From: Cenococcum geophilum
Taxonomy: Eukaryota
NCBI GenBank assembly: GCA_050273025.1
Contig: CP158635.1
Coordinates: forward strand, 20,522,001-20,586,000
Reading direction: 5' to 3'
DNA: 64,000 bases
Notes under the pieces: generated by a model
What the model was told of the DNA's origin: nothing
What the model saw: only the letters and a program-made list of their open reading frames with translations
Databases searched by the model: none
Part shown: in pieces, positions 1 through 13,400 of the stretch
Layout of the letters: each line of letters begins with the position of its first letter
Numbering within the stretch: position 1 is the stretch's first letter
Made by a program: the position numbers and the translations under genes

Positions 1-126
1 CCCGCCCAAAGGCGAAACTGCGAGCTGTGGTCATCATGCAGAGCCATATCGAAGATTTCATCAGCTGCTCTTTATAATTTGTAAGTTTTTACTTGGTTCT
101 TTCTAATCCCAATCCTGCCTTCCTCT

Positions 127-1063
127 TAGTGATCTTTTTGGACTAGAGTAGAGTAGATCTAAGCTCAAATCCAGTCTATCTAGCTAGTAAACTGTTTAGC
201 TCTAAGAGCTCCTTAAAGCTCTAGTACATTTATATACTAAAAATAAAAGGGCTTAGCATTGGTATAGTATTATAAAAGGAAGAGCAGATATAGGATACCT
301 TACTAAAAGCTACCTATATTACTCTTCACTAATAACCTTAGTCTTATAGTTAATCTTAATAGCTATATATTATCCCTTCGGCTTCTCTTCCTTTTTATTA
401 ATTATATTGTCTTCTACCTAAGTAGAGGCCCCTATAGTACCCATAGTAGTAAGCTAGGCTTTACCGCTTCCTTAATAGATACCCTTTTATAAAACTTTCT
501 TATTAACTTATCTACTTCCTTATTATTAAATATACCTTTTAGCGGTAGCTTATAAAGAACTTTATTTATCTTAATTATATTTATATAAGGGATATTATTG
601 CGGTCACCTTAGGTTGCCCTTAGGATAACCCCCAGATACCCCTTAAATAGCCATTAGTTATATATTAAAGATATATACCTATAATATATAGTTTTAATAA
701 TCCTAAAGGCCTTACCTCCTTAAGAATTCGTCTCCTCTATAATCTATTCTATTTCTATAATTGTGCTTTATAACCCCTATCTATAAAGTCCCCTTACAAT
801 TTATTTATAATTAAAAGTGCTAATTATTAAAAAGTTATTAATAATTATTACTTATAAAAGGTATAGCTAATATATTAAGTGTAAATTAAATAAAAGCTAG
901 CTAGTTCTTATAGTAGTCCTATTAGTATTATAAAATATTAAAGTATGAGTTCTTAGTAAGAAATATATAGTTAATAGTAAGATATTCTTAAAAGTAATTA
1001 ATTCGCAGTAAGCTATTATATTTAAAGTAAGTTATCTTAAAGCGCTTATAATTAATTATATAT
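127..1063 (-). mobile_element. Degenerate hAT DNA transposon 3' part (terminus plus dimerization-domain remnant), interrupted by a solo LTR
   Basis: Terminus TAGTGATC (RIP of CAGTGATC) at 127 resembles the terminus at 42424. Minus strand ~830-890 reads LDVLAIPSMSDDCERLF after de-RIP, like the hAT C-terminal LAIPAMSAECERVFS motif. Confidence 0.5.
584..798 (+). mobile_element. Solo LTR of the Gypsy family at 10434-19351
   Basis: TATAAGGGATATT...CCCTTACA, clearly homologous to 10434-10650 and 19135-19351; flanked by 5-bp TSD ATTTA (579-583, 799-803). Confidence 0.93.
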
Positions 1064-1109
1064 TATAAGGTAAGGATATAAATAGGGAATCTAATTAATA
1101 GAATAATAG

Positions 1110-4100
1110 TGTTACGGACCTTATATCGGCAGTAGTACAACTACTAAGGAAAGACATATATGGGTTAGTTAAGATAGTACGGGAGGCATTGGAACCGATT
1201 AAGCTATAGAATAGGGGGTAACCAAGTTATATAACTAGTTATGTTATAAGTTTAAAACGTAGGAATATAGGAATATAGAAACGCGATATACTAATGTACT
1301 AATATACTAACGTACTAAACCCTTTACTATAGGGAGGAGTTATATATTTAAGGACACACGGTCTCTATAGATAGTTTCTCTTCTTTATAGTAAATCTTAG
1401 AATATAATTAGAGTTAATCTATTAGGTAACTACTCCACTAGTTATATTTACGTTGTCGGCTATTTTATACCTATATACCTAGCCCATTAACAAGTCTACC
1501 GTAGTATTTCCTATAAGGCTTCGTTACACATTTACTACTAAGGTTATAGTAAAAGAAGCTAAATAACATGCCACTAAAAGCAATAGCCATAACGCCGTTA
1601 ACGGTAGTAACTATATTAAGATTAGGTAACAATACTAGTATAGTAGACACTAACTCTTAGCTAATTACTATTAGACAGCTATAGGAAATAGTTAATTAAT
1701 TAATAGACAATAATAGGATACTTAAAAAAAGAATTAATGGAATTAGAACAGTTAAGGTTAAGTTACCCTTAATTAAGCAATTTTTAGGGGAGAAGTTAAA
1801 GCTTAAAGGATTCCTTATATAAATGCACTTTAAGGTTATATAAGAAGGAGTAAAACTAGGGACGCCTATAGATTAAGTCGTTTATATAGGACTATTCTTA
1901 ACAGGAAGAGTACTTAAGTGGTTTAAATCTTACCTTACGGAGGTATAGGAATACGGCATAACAACTATTAACTAGGAGGTATAATATATATTCTTAAGTT
2001 AGAGCGGGTTTATAAAACAATTAACGTAGATATTTAGAGACCTAGAGGTAACCACTACGGCAGAAAGAAAGCTTTAAAACTTAGTATAAAGGACTTTAAC
2101 AATTAAATATACGATATAGTTTTAAATATTAGTAATATAGGTTAAATAGAATAGTAAGATGCTTATGGTATAGTATAAGTAGGGATTTAAGGTAAAAGTC
2201 TAGGATATAATTATTCTAATAAAAGATACGGATACTCTTAGGGAATTAATTAATTAAGTAGTTAAAATTAATAATAAGATTTACTAAAGAGAGTAAACTA
2301 AGAAGGGTTAAGATAGAGTTTTATAGTTATATAAGGCGTAGGGCATATAATAATAAAGTTAAAGTTAAAAACTATAGTATAGTGTAGAGCTAATAGACCT
2401 AAGCGGTACTAAAGAAAATAAAAAATGGAATAAACAACTATAGAAACCCAAAGGATAAGGATTAAGTAATTAAAGGTCTAAGAAGTAAAGGCTAAACTAG
2501 GAATCTTAGTAGCAAAAGATATTTAGGCGGACTTTATAGCAAGAAAAATAGTTTAAAGAAGAAGCTTATATAAATTATAGAAAATAGGGTTATTATATTA
2601 AAGACTATAAAAGTAGCTAGAGTTACTATATAGTAAAAGGAATAAGACTAGTAGATAATATATACGTATAAAGGGATAATAATATACTATAAGGAATAAA
2701 AGAATATTTAATTAAGAGTTTCGCGTTTTATTATAATAACGTATACTAAATTTATAAGGACGCTAAGTATAGCGTAAGCTATTAGCTATAATAGCTAAAA
2801 TTAGTAAAGTTTAGAGAAACTAACAAACCATTTTATAGATTGGATATTAAGGACGATAAATTTAATATAGGCAAAATATTTAGTAATAATAAGGTAATAA
2901 AGGTAGCTTACTAGGAGTATATAGACCTTAAAGATGTTATAAAAGAGGTAGAAGATAATTCCACTATAAAATAGGGAATATTAATAGGGATTAAAACCCT
3001 ACTAAACACGATGTCTATCGCTTTATAAGATGTAAGAGAAGTAGGATAATAAACTACTTTGGCACTTAATAAAGGCAAAAGGCTAAAGGCTTAAGATTTT
3101 TAAGATAAAATAAAGGATAACTAAGATTCTTAAGATAAGATAAGGTAAGCTTAAGGACCTATAATAGATAATAACTAATAGAGTAGAGCAACGGCTTAGT
3201 TTAGTAATATATAAATAAGCTTAGGACGAAGTTTCCTAAAGGCATAAGATTCTTAAGACGAGATAAGTAAAATTTAAGACTCTTAAGACGAGATAAAAAT
3301 ACTATAGAAGCCTAGTTAGACTAAGGCTAGAGCTAAGCTTAAGAAAGAAGTAAGCTTAGGATTAAAAATCCTATAGGACTAAGAATTCTAGATATAAATA
3401 AGGACCATTAAATAAACTAAGATTAAAAAGTAAGAAGACTTTAAGAATCTACTTATAAGGCAAAAAAAAACTATAAAGGAATTTAGACAGAGAATCTTTA
3501 TATAATAAGAATAAAAGCTAGATTAGAAAATTAGTATACTAGGTTATATAAGGGATAGAGTACCTATATAAAGAATTATTAATAGACCTAAAGTAGGTAT
3601 ACTAAGAGCTAAGTAGCTTACTAAACTAGAAGATAAAGAGGATTTAGGGATCCCTACTAGGTATAAAGAACGATATATAAAGGGCTATTATAATATAGTA
3701 ATAAGAAGATACTTCCTTAAGGATAAGCCATATATACTCTAGCAGCTATACTAAAAGTAGTATAGGCAACGATATAATAATAAGTAGGAAAATTTCTATA
3801 TGTAGTTAGATAAGCGAGTTATTTAAAACTACCCTATTATGGAAAAAGCAATAAGTTATATTAAGGGAGCCTTAATTATAATATTAAAAGATCTAGAGGA
3901 ATAATTAGAGGACTAAAAAAGTAAGAGGCAAATCTTAGTACCTATAAATAAAGTTATAACGTTTAGATTAATATAATAAAGGTTTAAACTTAAAGATAAA
4001 GACAAGTTAAGAGTTAACCTAAAGCACTTAGTATACTATACGCTATTATAGATTGTATATATAGACGATATATATAATATGTATAAGAGTCCAAAAAAAA

Positions 4101-7100
4101 GAATTAGAAGTACCCTATAAGAATATATTAGGCGCCAGAAGAGTAATAGTATAGGAATGCTAAGTATATATATAGATAGCATTTAATAAAAGTTTAGGAG
4201 TTAGGAGACTTAATACTTTAATTAAAAAGATTTTTTATAGAAGAATGCTTAAATAGATAATAGTAGTGGAAATGCCTAGAGAATATATATCTATAGTATA
4301 TTAAAGATAAAAAGTAAACTAGGTATTGGCTAAAAAGTAAGCTAAGTGCATAAGGATTAAGCAGCTAATAGTTAAAAAAAGTAAAGGCCTATAGGACTAG
4401 AGGGAGCTAGTAGTAGAGCCTTAAACCCTTAAAGGAATTTAAGAACAATACCTAAATTTAAGAGTTAATTAGTAAGATTAGTAGTTTAAAGTACTAATAG
4501 ATAGTGGAGTAATACGGAACCATATTTTACTAGTAGTAGTAAAAAGAATAGGATTACCTTATAGATAAAAGGAATAATTTTACCTATTAGTTATAATTTT
4601 AAGAGATCTAATAACCTATAGAGGAGGGATTATTAACCTTAAAATAGGACCTATTTAGATAACTATTAAAGGAAAATAAATTAAGATGTCTTTTAATATC
4701 CTACTATTAGGACGGGATAAGGCAGTATTAGGAATACCTTAGTTATAGAAATATAACCTAAAGATTAATTAGATTATAGGTTAGGTTAATATTAGGGATA
4801 CTTAATGCTATAAGATATAATAGTAAACTAAGTTAATATAGTACTAAGTTAGAGTAATATATAAAGAAACTAAGCGAGGCTTAAGTTATATATTAAAGAG
4901 ATACTATAAGTATAGTAAGAAACTGTAAAGTCTAGAAAGTAAAAAGCTGGTAGATTATATAGTATAGGACTATAAGATAAAGTTAAAACTAGGAATAAGT
5001 CTAAGGTTCTTTCTAACCTATAAGCTTATTTAAGAGAAGTTAAGAATACTTAAAGAGTTTATTTAGGAGAACTTATAAAAGGGATATATTAGACTATTAT
5101 AGTTATTAGTAGGTTATCCAGTATTATTCGTACTAAAGAAGAATAGAAAACTTAGGCTATATATTAACTATAAATAGTTAAATAGTATTACTTATAAGGA
5201 TAGGTATCCTTTACTTTTAATTAGCAAAATTTAAGATAGGATAGGTAACGCGCAAATCTTTATAAAGATAGATCTAAGATAGACGTACTATTAGATTAGA
5301 ATTAAGGAAGATAATAAATAAAAGGCAGTCTTTAGGTTAAAGGAGGGACTATATAAACTATTAGTTATATAATTTGGGTTAATAAATATACCAATAACAT
5401 TTTAAAAGAGAATTAATAGTATATTAGGAGAATACCTTAATAAGTTTATTATAGTATACCTTAACAACATTATTATCTATTTAATAACCAAGGAAAAATA
5501 TAGAGAACATATTAAATAGGTCTTAAAGAGACTATAGGAAGAATAGATACTAGTAATAATTAAGAAATATAAGTTCTTTATAAGAAAGACCGATTTTATA
5601 AAATTTATTATTAAACTAGGTTATATTAGTATAGACCTAAAGAAAATTAAAGCTATAGTAAGTTGGTAAGAATTAGAGAATATAACGTAGTTAAGGTTAT
5701 TTTTAGGGGTTTATAACTACTATAGAAGTTTATAGTATAGTAGTTAAAGAATATTAAACTATTTACTAGGCTTATAAAGAAAGAGAAACTATAGGTATAA
5801 GGAGATAAATAAAGGAAGTTATTTAAGAAACTTAAGGAGTTATTTACCTAGGAGCTAATCCTTAAAATCTATTAACTAGGACTAGATATAGTTATAAAAA
5901 TAGATATATTAAACTTTATACTAGGAGTATATTTGCTATAAAAGTATAAGAGCGTATAACATTTAGTGGTATATTATAGTTGGAAGATATTACTAAAATC
6001 TATATTAAAGAAGTATTTATAAGGCATAGAGCACTAAATAAGATTATATTAGATAGAGATTTAAGATTTATCGCAGTATTCTAAAAGGTATTCTTAGCGG
6101 AATAAGGAGTTAGAGCAGTAACTTCTACTATATATTATCCGCAGACGGACAAATAAACGGAAAGATTAAATTAGATGCTAGAATAGTATCTAAGATATTA
6201 TATTAATTATACACATAATAATTAGGTATTAATATTACTAGTTATATAGTTTATATATAATACAACACTATAAGAAAGAATAGGCATATTACTATTTAAG
6301 GTAAATTATAGATATAAGCTAAGAATATTGTTATTACTATAATAAGTAAAGAAAACGAGTAGTATAGCTAAAGAAAAAATTAAGATATTAATAAACCTTT
6401 ATATAGACCTTATAGAATTGGCGAAAAAGGTATAAGAAAGAATAAAAAGGTACTATAATACTAAGAGATCTAAGGGACTAGATCTTAAGGAGGGAGATAA
6501 AGTATAGCTACTATATAAATTTTTTAAAAGTTAATAACTAAGTAAGAAATTAGACTATGTTAGATTAAGACCTTTTAAAATTATATAAAGGATTTCACTA
6601 GTTACGTTTAAGTTAAACTTACTAGCTAAAATAAAGATCTACCCTATATAGTATATTGCAATACTAGAGCCAGTATATAGGAATATTAAGCTACTAATTT
6701 ATAAAGTAGATATGTATAGAGGATAAGAAGAAGATAAATAGTAAGTTTTAAAAATTATTAGTTATAAGGATATTAATAATAAAATATAGTATAAGGTTAA
6801 GTAAATAGGCTATAATAAGACTACCTAGGAACTATTATAGAATTTAAAGAATATTATAGGCAAGGTATAGGAGTATTAAAAGAAAATAGGTTAGGTAATA
6901 TTAAGAAAGAGCCTAAAATAAAAGGATTAGTTAAAGGTAATAAACGAGCTAGATTATCTAAGGGATCTACTACTAGTATACTAGTTGTTTCCGCCTCTAC
7001 TTAATTAGAATCCCTTTTAGCCTCCTTAGCCTTAAGTTTAAATAGACCTTACTCTACTAAGCAAAGCTCTTTTAAGCGTACCTTTTTATAAACCTTTATT

Positions 7101-8033
7101 AAACGGCTTAGGCGAGTATAAGTATCTAGTTAAGCTTTTAGAGCCTAAAACGCCTTATTAAAACGACGCTAAACTTTAGTAAGGGCCTTAGCTAGCTTAC
7201 TCTCTAGTTTTTTAGCTGCTACTAATATATATAACCCTAGAATAGATTAGATAAAGAATTAGAAGGTTATAAAGAATAATAAAATACGTATACTTAGCGT
7301 TAGAAATAGATTAAATATTATAAGATAATTGTATATTCGCTCGCGTACACTTAATATAGGAAAAAGGTTAGTAACTATGTAGAGCTGTAATCGCAATATA
7401 TACTAGCTTTTTCTCTATATAATAAGAATAGGACGGTATAACTTCACTAAGTAATAGAATAAACGTTACTAGCTAGTTATAATAATTAGACACAGAGGAT
7501 TTAATAAAAGGCATTAGGAATAATAAAGGTTATTAAATTAAAGATAGGAATGCTATACCTTTAATAGATAACTTGGAGATAGAAGATATCTTTAAAAATA
7601 AAGATAAAAAGGAGGGGGATAGTATTACAGACCTTATATTAGCAGTAGTACGACTACTAAGGAAAGATATATATAGGTTAGTTAAGATAGTATAGGAGGC
7701 GCTAGAACCGATTAAGCTATAGGATAAGGGGTAGCTAAGTTATATAACTAGTTACGTTATAAGTTTAGAACGTAAAAATATAGGAATATAAGAACGTAAT
7801 ATACTAACGTACTAACGTACTAAACTCTTTACTATAGGGAGGAGTTATATATTTAAGGACACACGGTCTCTATAAATAGTTTCTCTTCTTTATAGTAAAT
7901 TTTAGAATATAATTAAAGTTAATCTGTTAGGTAACTACTCTACTAGTTATATTTATATTGTCGGCTATTTTATACCTATATACCTAGCCCATTAACAAGT
8001 CTACCGTAGTATTTCCTATAAGGCTTTATTATA
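1110..8033 (+). mobile_element. Ty3/Gypsy chromovirus-type LTR retrotransposon, RIP-inactivated, internally deleted
   Basis: LTRs 1110-1528 and 7623-8033; TSD AATAG; PPT AAAAGGAGGGGGATAG before the 3' LTR. gag from ATG 1568 with CCHC knuckle ~2565-2610; protease ~4495; RT YLDD-like ~5456; integrase and chromodomain to ~6900. Confidence 0.95.
7000..7514 (-). pseudogene. Antisense spliced accessory gene in Gypsy 3' region (Zn2Cys6-like + coiled coil), RIP-mutated
   Basis: ATG at 7514. De-RIP reading EVMPSCSRCxEKKLVCIAI...SCxECTRANMxxSC, then an intron (~7237-7290, CTAAT..TAG), then KVHKKVRSKELRLVEQGL. Homologous to 36480-37019. 3' end approximate. Confidence 0.7.
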
Positions 8034-8859
8034 AATAGAGTATATTATATAAATAGACAAATCCTTAAAGAAAAAGAAGGCGTTAAGATATAAGGTAAGG
8101 AAGAGTTTTCTATTAAGTAAAGCCTAAGTAGATAGTTATATAGCTGCGACTTGTATATAACTCGCCTATAAGGTACGTGCGCTATATATACCTAGAGAAA
8201 ACCCTTTCTTACCTTATACTTAGACTCCTCCTTTTCCTTAAAGATTTGTCTATCTATATAATATACTCTATTATTCTATTAATTGGACTCCTTATTTATA
8301 TCTTTACCTTATATTTAAATCCTTACCAATCCCCCTAAAAGGATAGCCGGTTTAATTATTTTACGATTTACAATGCCTTTAAAGACAAGATTAATACCTA
8401 TACTTAACGGTAATGCGCTATGGTAAAATCTCTTTAATACGATATAGAGTATATAACGATAACCCTTATATTACGTTCTATACCCCTTAATTAAGCCTTT
8501 TTTTAGTATAATATTACGATAGTCTAACTTTTGGCAATATCGCTAAGCACCTACTACCAATATCGGTATAACTAGTAGAGAATTTATATAAGAGAGGGCT
8601 CTATTTAGCCTGCGAGGTAGATATTCTAAGCTTTTTAGGTATTAAGCTCCTTTTTTCCCTACTTATTTACCTAATACGTAACTCTTAATATAATAATACT
8701 ATTGGTATTATAATACGCTCGGCCGAATAAACGGTATCGTACCAAAGAGATTTTACTGTAGTAATATAATTGCAAAACGCTTTAGGATCTAGTGTGGGAG
8801 GGTACGACCACTCTCAGATGGGAAAGTCACGGTGCTGTCTGTCTGTCTGTCGGCCGGTC

Positions 8860-9731
8860 CAGTGATGTTATTAATATTCAATATTAGTATAAGGCCATAT
8901 TGATATTGATATTGAATATTAGTTCAATATTGAAAAGATATTGAAAGATATTGAATATTGAATCTAGTACAGTCTTGGCATGGTGCTTTAATTAAAAGTA
9001 GGCTCCGTACGCCCCTAAGGTTTAGTAGAGCTTCAAAATAGCTGCTCTCTCGCGACTGTTCTCTTACCACTATCGTCAAGTTCGTGATCCTTGGCGCGGT
9101 GTAGTAGGTGTTGGCTGCTCTCTAGATTCTGCTAAGGCCTCCGAAGCCTCTTGTACTACATCCGTCGCTATAAGCCCATATTAAGCAGTACCATATTCGA
9201 TTCTTGCCGTCGCGGATAGCTTTATAAGGGAAAGGATCGCGGATATGCTACTATGTAAAAGTAGCCAACTTGCGCCTTTTATAAGGCGACTTTGGAGTGG
9301 TTATAGTTAGTGTAGAGTCGCTTAACGCGTTGTTGTCGCCGCTAGAGTAGGTAAACTGATTAGAATTAAGCTTAGAAATGGTAGAAGAAAATATATTATC
9401 GTTGTTAATTACGTTAGTAGATAAGGGAGGCATGGCGTTAATTAAGGGCAGAATGTAGGGGGGTAGTAAAAATCGTTAAAATTAATGTTATGCGCGATGT
9501 CATGCGAAGTCTAATTTAATGTTTGGTAATTTTTACTTTCTATGGGTTTACCTACTAAATTTAACATGCGTACGTCTTGTAAGCAGGCCCGAGAGTTATT
9601 TACCAATATATCTACCTTGTTTTTGCCACCTTAGCTTTAAAAATATTCAATATTTAATATCTTTTAGTATTAAACATATCGTATTGATATTGATATTGAA
9701 TGTTCAATATTTAATACTGATAACACTACTA
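8860..9731. mobile_element. hAT-type non-autonomous element (MITE)
   Basis: Imperfect TIRs CAGTGATGTTATTAATATTCAATATT / AATATTTAATACTGATAACACTACTA; many subterminal GATATT/AATATT repeats at both ends. Flanks GGCCGGTC and GGTCGG, the right copy cut short by an LTR. Confidence 0.75.
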
Positions 9732-9737
9732 GGTCGG

Positions 9738-9916
9738 TGTAAGGCATATTGCCTAGACGTACGGTAGGGAGTAGGTAAGCCGAGCATGAGTTATAAGGAG
9801 GGTCGATGGAAGAGGACGATATAGTAAAGAGTATAGCAATAGCCTCGTACGGAGATAAACCGATGAGGAGGATAGGAGGGCTATAAGCCCGAGTAAGGGT
9901 CAAAATAACCCTTATA
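9738..9916 (-). mobile_element. Isolated LTR with adjacent polypurine tract (3' LTR remnant on minus strand)
   Basis: TGTAAGG...CCTTATA ends. Immediately followed on + by TTGCCCCCCCCCTTT, the reverse complement of the PPT form seen at 19118-19134. Confidence 0.65.
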
Positions 9917-10433
9917 TTGCCCCCCCCCTTTATTAGGGCTGGCCCCTAGCCCGTATACCTAAATTAATTGTTTTTATATATAAAAGGTAAGTAGTGCTAA
10001 AGCCTTACTTGTATAGGGAAAATAGGGAAAAATACTAGCTAAGCAGCCTTAATAAAAACCTTAACCTATAGCTAAAACCCAGTAGGAAAAAAGGCCTATT
10101 TAGGAAGGAAAAAAGCGTCTGCTAGTGGGGTAAGACTTAATCGTATATAATTAATCTTAAAGAGATAATCGCCTGCGATTAAGTCTTAATAGCTCTATAG
10201 CTAGTAACCATAAGAATATCCCTTATATTGCCCTACCCCCTTCTTATAGTCAGCCCCTAATTACCCTTACCTTACGGTAGAGGGAGATTATAGAGGGCTC
10301 GTCCCGAAAGGGGTTTGGAGAGATATCGGCATTTAACTATAATAGGATCTTATAAGCTAAGCCGTAGCTTAGGAAGAGATAACTGTACAGTTAAGTCTTA
10401 GCGGCCCTTAGGCTGATGACCGGAGAGTCTCCG

Positions 10434-13400
10434 TATAAGGGATATTATTGCGGATACCTTAGGTTGCCCTTAGGACAACCCCCAGACGCCCCTTAGATAG
10501 TTGCCGGTTACGTGCTGGAGGTATATGCCCGTAGTATATAGTCTCTACAATCCTAGAGGCCTTACCTCCTTAAGGATTTGTCTCTCTTACTAATCTATCC
10601 TATTCTACAATTGTGTTCTTATAGCCCCCTGTCTATAAGATCCCCTTATATTTAAATCCTTCCTACTCTTTTTTAGAAGGGTAGTCGGCTTTAAGGACCA
10701 GATTGTTTGTTTATATCTTTTATTTATAACTACTATCCTCCTTTAAAATCTCGTAATAACTTAAACGGAAACTCTACGGATACCTTATGGAAAGCCGTCG
10801 CGTAAAGGCAGGAAGGTCCCTCTAATAGCGAGAGATTGCGATAATATAACCCTTTAGGCAAGATGGCTGAACGAGCCCTAATACCTAGATGCTCTAGGAG
10901 CTCGAAGACTCTCGTATACCTATAGTTACCGTTAAGGAAAACGCAGACACCCTCTATAATGGTTATAACGCTACTAGAAAGTAACTGGAACCCCTCTAGC
11001 CCCACCTAGGCTAATTAGAAGATTAAGTGCCAAAGGCAACCCTAAGATCTTCCCCTAAGCCAGAAATGCTAGAGGAATATATTAACGCGTTTAACTAGGG
11101 ACCTAACTAGAACCCTCCTAGAAGACTACCGGCCTATAATTAGTATAGTGGCGGTATATAGACTGCTTATAAGCTAAGTAGGCCTACTCCTTTAGGAAAC
11201 TAAACCTAAATACTAACTTAAGACCCAAGGCTTATTAGGAAACCCGTACTAGCCACTAGTGCTAATACTACCTCTATAGTAGGAGCTTCTCTAGGCCTAA
11301 GTTTAGAAGGTTAAGAGCCCTATACTAATCTCCTTTAAAACAGATATCGGGAAGCTGTTGTAAGGCTCTCGGAAGCCATGCGGGAGGAAGCTACTAATAA
11401 ATATATTAGAACCCTTTAAGGGTAAATTTATATCTAGTAGGGTTTAATCTAAGCTAGGTAAATTTTTTTATAACCTAGTTAAGGCTAAAGGCTTCCTAGG
11501 GGCTACCTAGTACCTACCTAAGGAAGTATAGAAGACTTAGAGAGGCACCTATATAATAAACGGAAAAAGGATATAGACTAACTGGCTAAGGTCTTTAGTA
11601 GTTTAGAACTTTGTTATAAACCTAACGCCTAATAGCTAGACGATTAGGTTCGCGAGGTAGATAACTTCTTTAAGATGCTAATGATATAAGATAATACTAA
11701 AGAGTGTATATACTGGATTATTAGTAAGATTAAAGACCGATTACTAAACCAGATTGCGCTTAATTAACTTAATAAAGAGTAAATTATAATATGGCTATAG
11801 CTATAGACCTTCCTAAAGGGTTGGACCTAAGATCCGTATGTTATATAATATAACAATGCAGAATAATTCTAGAATAGTACATAGCTGGACCGTTAAGACT
11901 TCCGCCAGTTTATAAACTTTATAAAAACTCATGCTTAATAGATGGATTTAAAGCCCTTTAAAAACAAGGACGGCAGCGTCTATAAGAAGGAGAAGATTAG
12001 ATTTATCTAGGCTAGAATTAAGCTAGTAATTTATAATAAAATAAAGCGCGTAGAAGCCCTATTACGGATTACCGTATATACGGATTTTAAATAAGCGGTT
12101 CTAAACGCTAAGGATGCGGTAAGGAACTAGACCTCTTTTAATAAGAAGCTAGGGGGTTACTAAAAGCGCGGGCACTTTAGTAGTAATATAGGGCAGACTT
12201 AACCTTTAAAGAAGCCGTTCTTAAAGAGAACTTTAAAAGGGTTAAAGTTAGGAACCTTAAATAACGGGAAAGACTCCTAGGGTTAACCCGATACCCATCC
12301 GGCACCTTTATAGGAATACTCTAAAAAGTTAAGAGAAAACTCTAGAGGCAGATTCTATTGGAAAAATAAGTAGGGTAATAACCGCACTAACGATCTAAAA
12401 AAAGAAAAGCCCTAGTTATAGACCTCTCTTAGTTATAACTAGGGTAAGATATAGAAGAAGAGACTTTCCGTATTACTGTTAAGCTAGAAATAACACTCCC
12501 TATAGGTGAAGTATAATAGTTTTAAGCACTATATAATAGCGGCGCCGAAATTAATTTTATATAATATAATTTAGTAAAAGAGTATAAACTTATCCCATTG
12601 TAAAGGTGGCGGAAACCTATTATAGGCTTTCTAGATAAGTATTGGATTAAGCTATATAGTACCTATAAGCTTATAGTGTTAGTGGCCGATATATATAACC
12701 GTACTAAGGTAATCGGCCCGGAACCCTTCTAAGCGGTTAACTTTATAGGTTACGACCTTATTCTTAGATACCCTTAGCTTATAAAAGTAGATCTTAAGAT
12801 ACGCTTTAAGACGGGAGCCTTTAAATAGTAGAACGATAAAGATTTAGAAGGGGGTATATTACTAATAAGCCTAAAGGATATCCTAGAGAATATAGCCCCA
12901 GGCGAAATAGTGTACACTCTATATCTAAAGGAGTATTAAATTTAACCCCTATTTAATAGCAAGATAGGTATAGAGCCTAGTATAGGTAATAACCCCTTTA
13001 TAACGGAAACCCTATAGGGAACTGCCGGATAAGTCGCGGAGATATTATAGGGAGGCGGCGATCTTAAGGATCTTATAAGATACTTTAACCGCTATAGGTT
13101 ACTCTGGCTTAAGTAATATACAAAAAGTATACTACAGCACCTCAAACGCTGCATTAAGGAGTTCCTTACCCTCTATTAGCTACTATATAAAACGGTTTAA
13201 CGTATAGTGGCAACTATATACGAGCAACTATTATAGCGTATAACGCTGCCCGTAAGTATCCTAAGGGAGCTCTAAAACCTACCTAATAATAATATAGAGA
13301 ATAAACGCGACCCTAATTTGTTAAATATTCTAGTAGGCCTAAGGGACTTACTAAGGGTATTTTTAGGTAGGAGAGCTAAAGTCCTACTGCAGAACTTAGA

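Larger units (their letters stand above)
1064..8313 (+). mobile_element. Palindromic ~320-bp LTR (1064-1109 + 8039-8313) split by the Gypsy insertion, followed by truncated internal sequence to ~8790
   Basis: Ends TATAAGG...CCTTATA (RIP of TGTAAGG/CCTTACA). About 118-bp inverted arms. Followed by TTTAAATCC, as seen after the 5' LTR at 10651. Confidence 0.7.

Noticed and set aside
8803..8850. 5S rRNA or hammerhead-like sequence
   Set aside because: Only TACGACCA resembles the 5S start. No internal promoter boxes or proper CUGANGA/GAAA core with stems.
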